A stretch of 58,336 bases of DNA from Acidobacteriota bacterium (GCA_013152925.1 JAADFK010000224.1:1-58336); one strand, 5' to 3'; shown: positions 28,666 to 37,892, counted from the stretch's first letter. A program made the numbers and translations. The notes: generated by a model from the sequence alone, not told the origin.

Positions 28666-31600
28666 ATGCGACGTGTCGTGATTCTCTTCGCCGCGTTGAG
28701 CGTGCTGTGCCTCGGCACGGTCGGCGCCCAGACCCTCAAACCCATGACCTCCGGAGTCATCCCGGTTGTGGCCCACCTTCCCGGCGCCGAGGGGTCCTTC
28801 TGGACCACCAGCCTCTACGCCACCCAAACCGGCGGCAATCAGCCGGCCCGGCTCAGCGTGACCATTCTCACGGCCGCCGGACCCTATTACGAGAAGACTT
28901 TCACGCTCCCCGCCGTCGGGGGCACGTTGACGATCGACGACGTGGTCAGCGCCGTGGCCCCCACCCTTGGCGACGGCAAGTACGCCGTCACCTGGTGGTC
29001 CACCCAAGAGGTGGTCGTCTCCACCCGCACCTTCACGAAGGCCTCCAAGGGCACCTACGGCCAGGGGGTCGGCAGCGTGGCGCCTGGCACCGGCTTCATG
29101 CAGGACGGCCAGGCGATCTTCCCGGCGCCCATGGATTTCGACGGTCACCGCGTCGCCGTCGGCATCGCCAATACCGGGTCAGCCACCCAGAGCTTCGACG
29201 TCAAGACGCTGGACGCCATGGGTCAGGAGATCAACGCCTGGACCAGGACCGTCCAGCCGGGGGCCCTGCTCCAGTTCCAGGCCAACGGCAACATGAGCTC
29301 GGCCGGGTCCATCTCCATCACCTGCACCGAGGGCTGTGACGGCACCGCCTTCGGTTACGCCTCCATCGTCGTCAACGGTACCAGCGACGCCTATTACCTC
29401 TACGCCGGCGCCACCAGCAGCACGAAGCCGGCGGTTCCCATCGTCGTCAACCGGGACGCCCAGGGCGTGTGGTACATCACCGGAGGGACCCTCTACGACG
29501 TCTTCGAGGCCATGGGCCACGAGGTCGCCAAGGACCGGCTCTGGCAGATGGAAACCTACCGCAGAACGGCCCGCGGAACCCTGGCGGAGATACTCGGCCA
29601 GGACTACCTCGAGGACGACATCTTCATGCGAACGGCCGGCTACTCCGAATCCGAGCTCCAGCAGGCCTACGACAACCTGGATACGGAGACCAAGACCGTG
29701 CTCCGGGCGTACGTGGACGGCATCAACCGGAGGATCTCGGAGATCCACGAGGATCCCTCCCAGCTTCCCTTCGAGTTCAAGGCCATCGGCGGGCAGCTGG
29801 GCATCGAGTACTTCCCCGCCCAGTGGACCGTCACGGACGTCATGTCCTGGATCGTCGCCCTGCTGAGGAACTTCGATCCGGAGGGCCGTGGCGTGACGGG
29901 CCAGCTGGACAACGCCGTCCTCTTGCAAACCTTCGCCGCGGTCTATCCCCAGGACTACCTGGCCATGTTCAGCGACCTGCGGTGGCGCAACGATCCCGCG
30001 GCGCTGACGTACATCCATGACGAAAAGGCGGGCGGCTCGAACGCCGTCACCAGGGTCAAGGCCAGCTCCATGCCCGACCTCCGGGCCGCCGCCGCAAGGA
30101 TCAAGGGCCGGCACGACCGGAGGATTCTCGACCTCAAGCGGATCAACGCCTTCACCAAGATGGGCAGCTACGCGTGGGTGGTCTCGGGCGAGAAGACCGC
30201 CTCCGGCCATCCCATCATCTACTCGGGGCCCCAGATGGGCTTCTCCACGCCGTCCATCGTCATGGAGGGCTCCATCCGTGGCGCCGGGCTCAACGTCTCC
30301 GGCATGACCGTTCCCGGCATCCCCGGCATCATCATCGGCCGGACGCCGCACCACGCCTGGTCCATGCAGGTGGGTCACGCCCACACCCTGGACTTCTACC
30401 TGGAGGCGCCCCAATCGGTCACGCTCAACCGCATGGAAACCTTCCACGTGGCCGGTGGAGCCGACGTGACCGTACCCATCTTCCGGACCGCCCACGGCCC
30501 CGTGATCGAGCCCATCCCCTACGACCCCACCAACCCGCCGGCTGTCATCGTCTCCTTCAAGTACTCCCACTGGGGTTACGAGCTCCGCGACGTCATCCAG
30601 TTCGCCCTGCAAGCCGCCCGCGCCACCAGCGTGGAGGACTTCGGCAAGGCCCTGGCGCTGGCGCCCCTGAGCCAGCACTTCTGCTACGCCGACCGGGACG
30701 GTAACATCGCCTACTGGATGTCCGGGCGTGATCCTGTCCGCCCGGCCAACGTTGACGTCCGGTTCCCGCTGCCCGGCGATGGCAGCGCCGAGTGGGATCC
30801 CGCCGTCATCAAGCCCCACCCCCACGACGAGAACAGCTCGTTCAACTACTACGGCGGGTGGAACAACAAGGCCGAGCTCAGCTACGACAACCCGCCCAAC
30901 AACCTGTGGTACACCATGGGCGTCTTCCACCGCGCCCACGTGGTGGACGATTACCTCTCCACCCACAACAACCTCAGCTACGAGGACGTTCGTGATCTGG
31001 CCCTTAACATCGCCACCACGGACTCCTTCTACGGCGGCGGCAATCCGTGGAAGTTCGTCGCCGACCGCTTCGAGAGCGCCGTCGCCGCCAACCCCTCGGA
31101 CGATCGCAACGCCGCCATCGCCCTGCTCCAGGGCTGGGACGGCCACTTCGTCGATGGAGGCCCGGACAACTGGAGCAACGGTCTCTTCCGCGCGGACGCC
31201 TGGGTGCTCGAGGATGCCTGGATCCGCGAGGTCATCCGGCTGACCTTTTCCGACGAGTTCGAAAAGGCCGGCCTCAAGTACACGGACCAGCCCATGGGCC
31301 TGCTGTTCAACGTCTTCCTGCACGCGCTGGCCGGCGACCAGTCCAGCGTGGTCAACCACTACGACTGGTTCCAGGACCAGTCGGGAACCAACCGGCCCGA
31401 GTCGCCGGACCTGCTGATCGTCCAGGCCCTGGACAACGTCCTGGCGCAGCTCGGGCCGCGTCCATGGCACGTGGCCCGCGGCTACATCCGCTACACCCAT
31501 CCCATGCTCGGCGAGATCCACACGACGCCCTTCGCCTCCAGGTCCACCTACGCGCACTGCGTGGAGATGGGACCCGACGGCCCCGTCCGGATCGAGAGCA

Positions 31601-31737
31601 TGTTCCCACTGGGCGAGTCCGGAACGATCCTGATGGACGAGCACGGCGCCCCGGTCTTCGATCCCCAGTTCTTCGGCATGACCCCCTACTTCGACGCCTT
31701 CACCCACCGCAGCTTCCCGCTCTTCAGTAACCAGTAA
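28666..31737 (+). CDS. Secreted penicillin acylase (Ntn-hydrolase) family protein with an extra N-terminal domain
   Basis: Signal peptide. RDAQGVWYI and DRLWQME..RRTARGTLAEILG. Beta-chain start GSYAWVVSGEKTASG (Ser codon at 30166). YADRDGNIAY and WNNK. SD AAGGAG. Confidence 0.9.
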   Translation: MRRVVILFAALSVLCLGTVGAQTLKPMTSGVIPVVAHLPGAEGSFWTTSLYATQTGGNQPARLSVTILTAAGPYYEKTFTLPAVGGTLTIDDVVSAVAPTLGDGKYAVTWWSTQEVVVSTRTFTKASKGTYGQGVGSVAPGTGFMQDGQAIFPAPMDFDGHRVAVGIANTGSATQSFDVKTLDAMGQEINAWTRTVQPGALLQFQANGNMSSAGSISITCTEGCDGTAFGYASIVVNGTSDAYYLYAGATSSTKPAVPIVVNRDAQGVWYITGGTLYDVFEAMGHEVAKDRLWQMETYRRTARGTLAEILGQDYLEDDIFMRTAGYSESELQQAYDNLDTETKTVLRAYVDGINRRISEIHEDPSQLPFEFKAIGGQLGIEYFPAQWTVTDVMSWIVALLRNFDPEGRGVTGQLDNAVLLQTFAAVYPQDYLAMFSDLRWRNDPAALTYIHDEKAGGSNAVTRVKASSMPDLRAAAARIKGRHDRRILDLKRINAFTKMGSYAWVVSGEKTASGHPIIYSGPQMGFSTPSIVMEGSIRGAGLNVSGMTVPGIPGIIIGRTPHHAWSMQVGHAHTLDFYLEAPQSVTLNRMETFHVAGGADVTVPIFRTAHGPVIEPIPYDPTNPPAVIVSFKYSHWGYELRDVIQFALQAARATSVEDFGKALALAPLSQHFCYADRDGNIAYWMSGRDPVRPANVDVRFPLPGDGSAEWDPAVIKPHPHDENSSFNYYGGWNNKAELSYDNPPNNLWYTMGVFHRAHVVDDYLSTHNNLSYEDVRDLALNIATTDSFYGGGNPWKFVADRFESAVAANPSDDRNAAIALLQGWDGHFVDGGPDNWSNGLFRADAWVLEDAWIREVIRLTFSDEFEKAGLKYTDQPMGLLFNVFLHALAGDQSSVVNHYDWFQDQSGTNRPESPDLLIVQALDNVLAQLGPRPWHVARGYIRYTHPMLGEIHTTPFASRSTYAHCVEMGPDGPVRIESMFPLGESGTILMDEHGAPVFDPQFFGMTPYFDAFTHRSFPLFSNQ

Positions 31738-31758
31738 TCGCATCACCGTCACAACCAC

Positions 31759-31794
31759 GATGCCCCGGGGCTCCAGCCCCGGGGCATCTTTCTT
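31759..31794 (+). terminator. Intrinsic terminator
   Basis: GATGCCCCGGGGCT-CC-AGCCCCGGGGCATC followed by TTTCTT. Confidence 0.85.
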
Positions 31795-31901
31795 GGGCGT
31801 GCGGCCGTTCCAGGCCAACCGGCGGCGCACCGCACCACGAGGAAAGGCACCTGCCCGTTCCATTCCGGAAAGGAGATCGGCCACGCTCCCCTCTCGGCGA
31901 T

Positions 31902-32063
31902 GAGATCCCTCGACTCGTTCGCTCCGCTCTCTCGCTCGGGATGACAGGGGGGCCGGCGGCTCCGCTCTCTCGCCCGGGAAGACAGGGGGGTTGGCAGCTC
32001 CGCTCTCTCGCCCGGGAAGACAGGGGGGTTGGCAGCTCCGCTCTCTCGCTCGGGATGACAGGG
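31902..32063. repeat. REP-like (GGGATGAC-ended) element amplified as a 38-bp tandem repeat x4
   Basis: Units start at 31921, 31959, 31997 and 32035 (GCTCCGCTCTCTCGCYCGGGAWGACAGGG...). Preceded by GAGATCCCTCG. Confidence 0.85.
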
Positions 32064-32109
32064 TTCGGCAACAGGCGATGAAAGGAGGGACAATGCCGAG
32101 GCGGGCGCC

Positions 32110-33225
32110 TCACTTCATCGACGCCGGCGCGCGGCCCGGCACGCCGGTCGGCTCGTCCTTGGGCGCCTGGCTCACGAGGCCAGCGCTCTCCTCCGTCATG
32201 GCCATGCCGCCCACGTGGGTGTAGAGGGGCGAGTATATTTCGGGCAGGCGGCGATGGTATTCGGCTTCGCTGATCGAGGTATTCCAGTGCCCGGTCACCC
32301 GGAAGCCGAGCAGGATCGCCAGGTAGAGACCGACCGCCAGGGCAATACCCATGGCGGGCCGCAGCCAGAGTCTCTTCCGCCGGGGAACCAACGGCGGCCG
32401 GATCGCCAGGCACCCTTCCACCGGGCAGACGGCCACGCAATCCTGACACGAGGTGCACTCTATGGACGCCACGCGGCCCATTTCGTGGACTTTGAGCTGC
32501 GCAGGGCAGACGGCGGTGCAGCCGCGGCAGTCGGTACACAGCTCTGGATCGCGTGTCACCTTGAAGGGGGCGAGCCGTCCCAGAGCTCCGAGCAGGGCCC
32601 CGTAGGGACAGAGGTACCGGCACCAGAGATCACGGATAAAGATCGAGCCGACCACGAGCACCCCGAGGACAGCGATGGTCAGGCGCGATGGGTGGGCGAA
32701 GAAGAGCCACATCTTGGCATCGACCATCTTGGCATAGGGGCTCTCGAGGAACGCCTGGACCTGGCCGGGGCTCATGGCCACCCAGACGGCCCAGGCAAAG
32801 AAGCCGAACAGCAGAAACTTCAACGAGCGTAGCGGGAGATCGAGCCAGCGTGGCAACCGGAGGTTCCGCCCGACGAGGCGGATCCCCAGCCGGCCGAGGA
32901 GCTCCGAAAGGAGCCCCACGGGGCAGAGCGTCGAGCAGAACGACTTGGCCACCAGGAGCGACATGGCACAGATGCCGAGGAAGACGGCCAGGGCCGCCGG
33001 ATGGATGGGATCGATCTGGCCGCTCAGCAGCCAATGACGAAAGGCCAGCATCCCGTCGATGGGCAGGAAGCCCTCCACGCCGGGGGGACGTCCCACCGAG
33101 GGCCACCGGCCCGCCATGTGCGCCGTGACCCACAGGCCGAAGCGGATTCCGAGAATAACGATGACACCTGCCATGCTCCACTGCACCAGGCGGCGGGCGA
33201 CGAAAACGCGAGGCGGTCGGCTCAT
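32110..33225 (-). CDS. Membrane 4Fe-4S binding protein (YccM/NapH family)
   Basis: RPPGVEGFLPI, two CxxxCP motifs (FCSTLCP, WCRYLCP), two ferredoxin motifs (CTDCRGCTAVCP, CTSCQDCVAVCP) and several TM helices. SD GGAGG. Confidence 0.88.
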   Translation of the reverse strand: MSRPPRVFVARRLVQWSMAGVIVILGIRFGLWVTAHMAGRWPSVGRPPGVEGFLPIDGMLAFRHWLLSGQIDPIHPAALAVFLGICAMSLLVAKSFCSTLCPVGLLSELLGRLGIRLVGRNLRLPRWLDLPLRSLKFLLFGFFAWAVWVAMSPGQVQAFLESPYAKMVDAKMWLFFAHPSRLTIAVLGVLVVGSIFIRDLWCRYLCPYGALLGALGRLAPFKVTRDPELCTDCRGCTAVCPAQLKVHEMGRVASIECTSCQDCVAVCPVEGCLAIRPPLVPRRKRLWLRPAMGIALAVGLYLAILLGFRVTGHWNTSISEAEYHRRLPEIYSPLYTHVGGMAMTEESAGLVSQAPKDEPTGVPGRAPASMK

Positions 33226-33276
33226 CGGCGATCCTCCATCACGACTTCAGTATGCGCCGCGGCTCCCCCACCGGCA

Positions 33277-33290
33277 TTGACGTCGGTCAG
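33277..33290. promoter_or_regulatory. Second FNR-type box (near consensus)
   Basis: TTGAC-GTCG-GTCAG. Its centre sits about 41 bp upstream of the TSS implied by the minus-strand -10 CATACT (33249-33254). Confidence 0.55.
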
Positions 33291-33318
33291 ATCCAATGTC
33301 ACCGCAGTGCCACGGATC

Positions 33319-33332
33319 TTGACCTGGGTCAA
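33319..33332. promoter_or_regulatory. FNR-type box identical to the napD box
   Basis: TTGACCTGGGTCAA, 14/14 identical to 3308-3321. Confidence 0.75.
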
Positions 33333-33381
33333 CGTTCAATCTCGGCCTGTTGATATGGACTCCCCAAGGGATTGAATCATC

Positions 33382-33722
33382 ATGATTGAGATGGAGAGGT
33401 TGTGTACGAGATTGCGAGTCATGTTGGCCGTCGCTGTGGCATTTCTCCTGCTGCCGGCGTTGCCGTCAAGCGCCGTGCAGTCCACGTGCGCGGAGTGTCA
33501 CGCGGCGACCTTCGTCCGGAAGAACATCGAGAACGCCGACCACATGTTGAAGGAGGCCGACAAGCTCTTCGCCGAGGCCATCGAGATCGTCGCCGGCCTC
33601 CGCAAGGACGGTGTCATCCCGGTCAAGGAGGGCGAAGAGCTACTATCCGCAGCTCCTCTCCTTCTACGAGGTGAACACGGAGATCGAGAAGACCCTCTAC
33701 GAGATGTTCATGGACCACCGTC
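33382..33722 (+). pseudogene. Remnant of a HAO-like multiheme cytochrome c
   Basis: Signal peptide joined directly to TCAECH..ADKLFAEAIEIVAGLRKDG. Frameshift near 33634, then YPQLLSFYEVNTEIEKTLYEMFMDHR, then the similarity stops. Confidence 0.75.
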
Positions 33723-33768
33723 ATCTCGAATGCGACAGGTTCCCGGGACCTCCGCCCCATCCCCCGTT

Positions 33769-34185
33769 TCAGCCTCCGGTGGAATCCCCGGTCCGGGTTC
33801 CCGACTCGGCGCGAGCCACCGTGTGGAGCCCCCCCCGGACCCGGTAGTCCAGGACCACCTCCATCCAGCGGGGCTGACAGCAGGCCACCAGATCCTCCAG
33901 CAGCCGGTTGACCGCGTGTTCCTGGTAGATCCCAACGTTCCGGTAGCCGACGAGGTAGTACTTGAAGGACTTGAGCTCAATGATCCGGCGGTCCGGCACG
34001 TAGCGAACCCTGAGCGTCCCGAAGTCCGGCAACCCCGAGAAGGGGCACACGGCCGTGAACTCGTCCGTATCGATCTCGACGACGATCTCCCGCTCCGGAT
34101 ACTCGTAGGGGAAGGTTTCGAGAACTTCCGGCGCGATGCTGTCCTCGTCCCCGAACGAGAAGGTCCTGCCCTCGGCTTCGACCAT
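33769..34185 (-). CDS. queF: preQ0 (7-cyano-7-deazaguanine) reductase, short type
   Basis: LETFP, EFTAVCPFSGLPDFG, IELKSFKYYL, YQE and RGG. Confidence 0.93.
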   Translation of the reverse strand: MVEAEGRTFSFGDEDSIAPEVLETFPYEYPEREIVVEIDTDEFTAVCPFSGLPDFGTLRVRYVPDRRIIELKSFKYYLVGYRNVGIYQEHAVNRLLEDLVACCQPRWMEVVLDYRVRGGLHTVARAESGTRTGDSTGG

Positions 34186-34276
34186 GACGATCCTCCCGCC
34201 GACCGCATCCCACGATGCCCACTCCGGCAGGAAGCATGGTATCAGCCGCCGGCGGGTGCTGCTGTAGGATAGCGCC

Positions 34277-35293
34277 ATGAGGATGAAACCGGTTCCAAGG
34301 GGTACGACCCGCTCGTTCCTCCGGGTGTTCTGGATCAGCTCCTTCGTCCTGGCCATCGGGACCCTGGGGTACATGGCCCTCCAGAACGCGCCGCCCCTGG
34401 ATGCCCTCTACATGACGGTCATCACCGTCACGACCATCGGCTATCGCGAGGTATTTCCCCTGTCCACGGCCGGCCGCTGGTTCACCATGTTCCTGGCGCT
34501 CGCCGGCGTCGGCATCATGCTGTACGTGGTTTCCATCGTGGCCGCGGTCATCGTCGAGACCGATGTTCGCCGCGTGCTGGGCCTGAGAAGGGAGCGCCGA
34601 ATGACCAAGGAGCTTTCAAGCCACATTGTCGTCTGTGGTGCCGGAAGGACCGGACATGCCCTGGCCGAGATCCTGGCCTCCAAGGGGGCGACCTTCGTGG
34701 TCGTGGACACGGACCCCGATCTCTGCCGGCAGCTGGAGGGCCGCGGTGTGCACGTGGTGGACGGTGACGCCACGACCCGGGAGGCTCTGGAAGCCGCGGC
34801 CATCGTCCGGGCCTCCACGCTCATCGCCTGTCTGGGTGACGATGCCCACAACGTCTACACGATCCTGCTGGCACGGCAGCTCAACCCGCGGATCAACATC
34901 GTCGCACGCGCGCTCGAGGAAGGCTCCGAAGAACGTCTCCGGCTGGCCGGCGCCGACCGCATCTTCAACCCCTACCGCACCGGCGCCATGCGGCTCGCCT
35001 ACACGGCGTTGAAACCGGCCGTCGTCGACTTTCTCGACGCCTCCCTGCCCGGCTCCGGGAGTGGCGGCCTCGAGCTGGCGGAGGTCCAGGTCCGGGAAGA
35101 CAGCGGCCTCGCCGGCAAGACCCTGGCCAGCGCCAACGTACGCCAGGCCTACGACGTCATCGTCGTGGCCATCAGGCGCCCTGGTGAAAGCACCTTCAAC
35201 CCACCACCCGACATGAAGATCAGGCCCGGGGACGTGCTCGTGGCGCTGGGACCCACCGCGGGCCTCGAAGCTCTGGAGCGGGCCTCGTCCTGA
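34277..35293 (+). CDS. Potassium channel protein with RCK_N/RCK_C (TrkA) domains
   Basis: Two TM helices with pore loop TVTTIGYRE, HIVVCGAGRTG, GDAT and C-terminal FNPPPD..PGDVLV. Confidence 0.9.
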   Translation: MRMKPVPRGTTRSFLRVFWISSFVLAIGTLGYMALQNAPPLDALYMTVITVTTIGYREVFPLSTAGRWFTMFLALAGVGIMLYVVSIVAAVIVETDVRRVLGLRRERRMTKELSSHIVVCGAGRTGHALAEILASKGATFVVVDTDPDLCRQLEGRGVHVVDGDATTREALEAAAIVRASTLIACLGDDAHNVYTILLARQLNPRINIVARALEEGSEERLRLAGADRIFNPYRTGAMRLAYTALKPAVVDFLDASLPGSGSGGLELAEVQVREDSGLAGKTLASANVRQAYDVIVVAIRRPGESTFNPPPDMKIRPGDVLVALGPTAGLEALERASS

Positions 35294-35303
35294 CGTCGCC
35301 CCT

Positions 35304-35813
35304 TCAGTGCTCCCGGCGGCGGAAGCTCAGGGTCGTGCGGTCCTTGAATACGCCCGGGAAGGGAAGCACCCGGTTATGGAGGACAGCGTAAACGCCGGGA
35401 TCCACAAGCCGCGCGGCCAGCAGCGCTTCGGTGACGTTCTGGACGGCGTCCGTGTCGCGGAACTGGTAAGGCCGCATGGCCCCGGTCAGGATGACGGGGA
35501 CCTCCAGGTCTTTCCCGAGCTCTCGCTGGATCGCCTCGCCCGTCTCGGCCAGGGTGTCGGTCCCGTGGAGGACCAGCACCGCGTCGGAGCCCGGCAGGGC
35601 GTCCCGGACGGCCGCCAGTATCCTCCGGCGGTCCTCGTCGGTCATGTCCAGCGAGTCCTTGTGCATGACGTTGACGTGCCGGATGAACAGGTCGGGCAGC
35701 CGCAGGCTCCCGAGGATCTCGTCGAGCACGGAACGGTCGTTCCGGAGACTCCCCTCGAGCTCGTTGTAGGTCTTTTCGATGGTGCCGCCCGTCGTCAGGA
35801 TCGTGATCCGCAT
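35304..35813 (-). CDS. Short-chain asparaginase (N-terminal catalytic domain only)
   Basis: TTGGTIEK, KDS, HGTDT and LTGAMRP. 169 aa. Confidence 0.88.
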   Translation of the reverse strand: MRITILTTGGTIEKTYNELEGSLRNDRSVLDEILGSLRLPDLFIRHVNVMHKDSLDMTDEDRRRILAAVRDALPGSDAVLVLHGTDTLAETGEAIQRELGKDLEVPVILTGAMRPYQFRDTDAVQNVTEALLAARLVDPGVYAVLHNRVLPFPGVFKDRTTLSFRRREH

Positions 35814-35985
35814 GACCGTCACTCCTCCCCGGAGCTTTCCGACCTTACATGATACGACATGGACCGCTGTCGCACCACGATCCTTGCCAGGGCCCGGCCA
35901 TCCCGCTCCCCGGGCGATGGAAGAGCCACCGGGGCCCCGGCCATCCCGGCACGTCCTGTGCCCGGAAACAGGATAGAATGGGCCC

Positions 35986-36561
35986 ATGGTGGAGACGTCG
36001 ACGCCGCTGGCTGGCAACCTGCTGATCGCCATGCCGAACCTGGTGGATCCGAACTTCTGGCGCACCGTGGTCCTCCTTGGTGTGCATGGTGAGGACGAGG
36101 GAGCCTTCGGCCTGGTGATCACGCGACCGCTGGAGGTGACCATGGCCGACGTCCTCCGCGAGATCGGCGAGGAGAGCACGGCGGAGGGCTACCCCGAGGT
36201 GCTCGCGGGTGGCCCGGTGGAGCCCACCAACGGCTTTGTGCTCTTTGACCAACCCAAGTGCGTCAACGATCAGGACATGCTGCGAGTGGGCCCGGATATG
36301 GCCATCTCCGGCAACACACGAACCCTGATCCGCCTGGCCCGCGGCATTCCCGGAGTCCGGTACAACCTCGTGCTGGGGTACTCGGGATGGGCGCCGGGCC
36401 AGCTGGAACGGGAGATCGAGGAGAACTCCTGGCTCGTCGCCCCGGCCTCTCACGATCTCGTGTTCGAAACCCCTTACGAGCAGCGCTGGACGGCATCGCT
36501 GCGATCCATCGGCGTCGATCCGGGAACCCTGGTGGACATGGGCTCTGCCTCGCCCAGCTGA
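35986..36561 (+). CDS. YqgE/AlgH (UPF0301) family protein
   Basis: LLIAMPNLVDPNF, GGPVEP and GYSGWAPGQLEREI..NSW. Confidence 0.93.
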   Translation: MVETSTPLAGNLLIAMPNLVDPNFWRTVVLLGVHGEDEGAFGLVITRPLEVTMADVLREIGEESTAEGYPEVLAGGPVEPTNGFVLFDQPKCVNDQDMLRVGPDMAISGNTRTLIRLARGIPGVRYNLVLGYSGWAPGQLEREIEENSWLVAPASHDLVFETPYEQRWTASLRSIGVDPGTLVDMGSASPS

Positions 36562-36638
36562 GCCCCCTCCCCACCGCCCGCCCCCTGATATCGGCCCCGT
36601 CGCCCCCCCGGAGAGACGACACCCGAACGGCCTCCCCA

Positions 36639-36820
36639 GATCCGGCCGGTCCTGGGGGTTTTCGTCGCGAGACCGGGGAGGTGCCCGCCAGTGTGGTGTT
36701 TCGATCAAGGCGCCGCCGAGGCGTGCTGGAGGCACGCCGCAGGCGCCGCCGCCGTGAGAAACGCCGCAATGGCCGGCACATCCCCGGTCGCAGCAGAAAA
36801 CCCCCAGGACCGGCCGGATC
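36639..36820. mobile_element. 182-bp fold-back element with perfect 25-bp terminal inverted repeats (MITE-like)
   Basis: GATCCGGCCGGTCCTGGGGGTTTTC (36639-36663) is the exact reverse complement of 36796-36820. The interior is also largely self-complementary. Confidence 0.65.
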
Positions 36821-37703
36821 AGAAGAACCGGCGCTTGACGAAGATGACGTCGTCGGCCTTGATCGGCGGGTCTTCCTGCTTCCCGTGGCGGATCTTCTTG
36901 AGGTTGTACTTGAAGGTCGTGCTCTTGCCGTCGGCCTTGCGGCGAATCTCCACCTCCTGGGATCCGAACTTCCCCAGGCCGCCCGCCTCGGAAATCGCGG
37001 CCATCAAGGTCTCTCCAGGCGACAGCTCGTACTGGCCGGGGTTGTTCACCTCCCCGGTCACAAAGAAGATGGCCTTCCGCCGCACGGCGATGATGTCCCC
37101 TCCCTTGAGGATGACGTCATCCATCTGACCGTTGACCAGCTCCTTGCGAGGCACGTGGATGACCGACAGGGCACCACCGACCACTCCCTTCTCGTTGCGG
37201 CGCAGCTCGATGATCTGGCCGGCATCATTGGTGAAGCCCCCGGCCTCCGCCAGAAGCTGGGTCAGGGTGGTTACGCCCTTGAGATAGTACGTGCCCGGCT
37301 TCCTCACCGCTCCGAGAATGACCACGGGAAGCGATCCGAACTGTTTGACCACCACCTCGATCTGAACGTCGACGTAGTAGTCCTTCTCGAGACCTTCCGT
37401 CAGCCGCCTGGCGATCTCGGCTTCCGTGAGCCCCGCCACGTGGACCCTGCCGAGAAAGGGGTAGGTGATGGTGCCGTCCTGGTCGACGGAGAAGCTGCCC
37501 GAGATCTCGGCATGGTGAAACGCCGTCACGCCGATGATATCGCCCGGACCCACCCTGTAGCCCACCGGCCTGGACACATCGGGAACCGCCGAGGCACCAG
37601 GAGCCTGTGCTCGCCCGCCAGCTGGTGTTTCCTGGGACCATGCGGCACAGGCCACGAGCAGAACAATCGCAACAACAGCTCGAGAAAGAACACGCCTTTT
37701 CAT
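36819..37703 (-). CDS. Polysaccharide export (OPX/Wza-like) protein with Poly_export and two SLBB domains
   Basis: YRVGPGD, VDQDGTITYPFLG, GAVRKPG..AGG and GEVNNPG. Ends DDVIFVKRRFF. Confidence 0.9.
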   Translation of the reverse strand: MKRRVLSRAVVAIVLLVACAAWSQETPAGGRAQAPGASAVPDVSRPVGYRVGPGDIIGVTAFHHAEISGSFSVDQDGTITYPFLGRVHVAGLTEAEIARRLTEGLEKDYYVDVQIEVVVKQFGSLPVVILGAVRKPGTYYLKGVTTLTQLLAEAGGFTNDAGQIIELRRNEKGVVGGALSVIHVPRKELVNGQMDDVILKGGDIIAVRRKAIFFVTGEVNNPGQYELSPGETLMAAISEAGGLGKFGSQEVEIRRKADGKSTTFKYNLKKIRHGKQEDPPIKADDVIFVKRRFF

Positions 37704-37892
37704 GACGTTTGAGACTAGCATAACTCTCCCGCGATGTGGCCAGCGGAAACCACCGCTCGTTCACTTTGAAAGGGAATCCTCGGAGAGCGACCCCGGCCGC
37801 TCGCCGCAGTGTCTCACGCCGGTACAGCAATCATGTTCTCAGAACAGCAGACACGGTCGCACCGGCCCGAACGAGCACCGCACAGGGCTCGC

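Noticed and set aside
31921-32063. CRISPR array
   Set aside because: The intervening sequences are near-identical rather than unique spacers, the period is only 38 bp, and there are no cas genes.
34186-34276. preQ1 riboswitch upstream of queF
   Set aside because: Short GC-rich divergent promoter region with no preQ1-I stem or A-rich tail visible.
34425-34450. K+ filter TIGYR instead of TVGYG as an inactivating change
   Set aside because: GYxE variants are common in this RCK-fused prokaryotic channel family.
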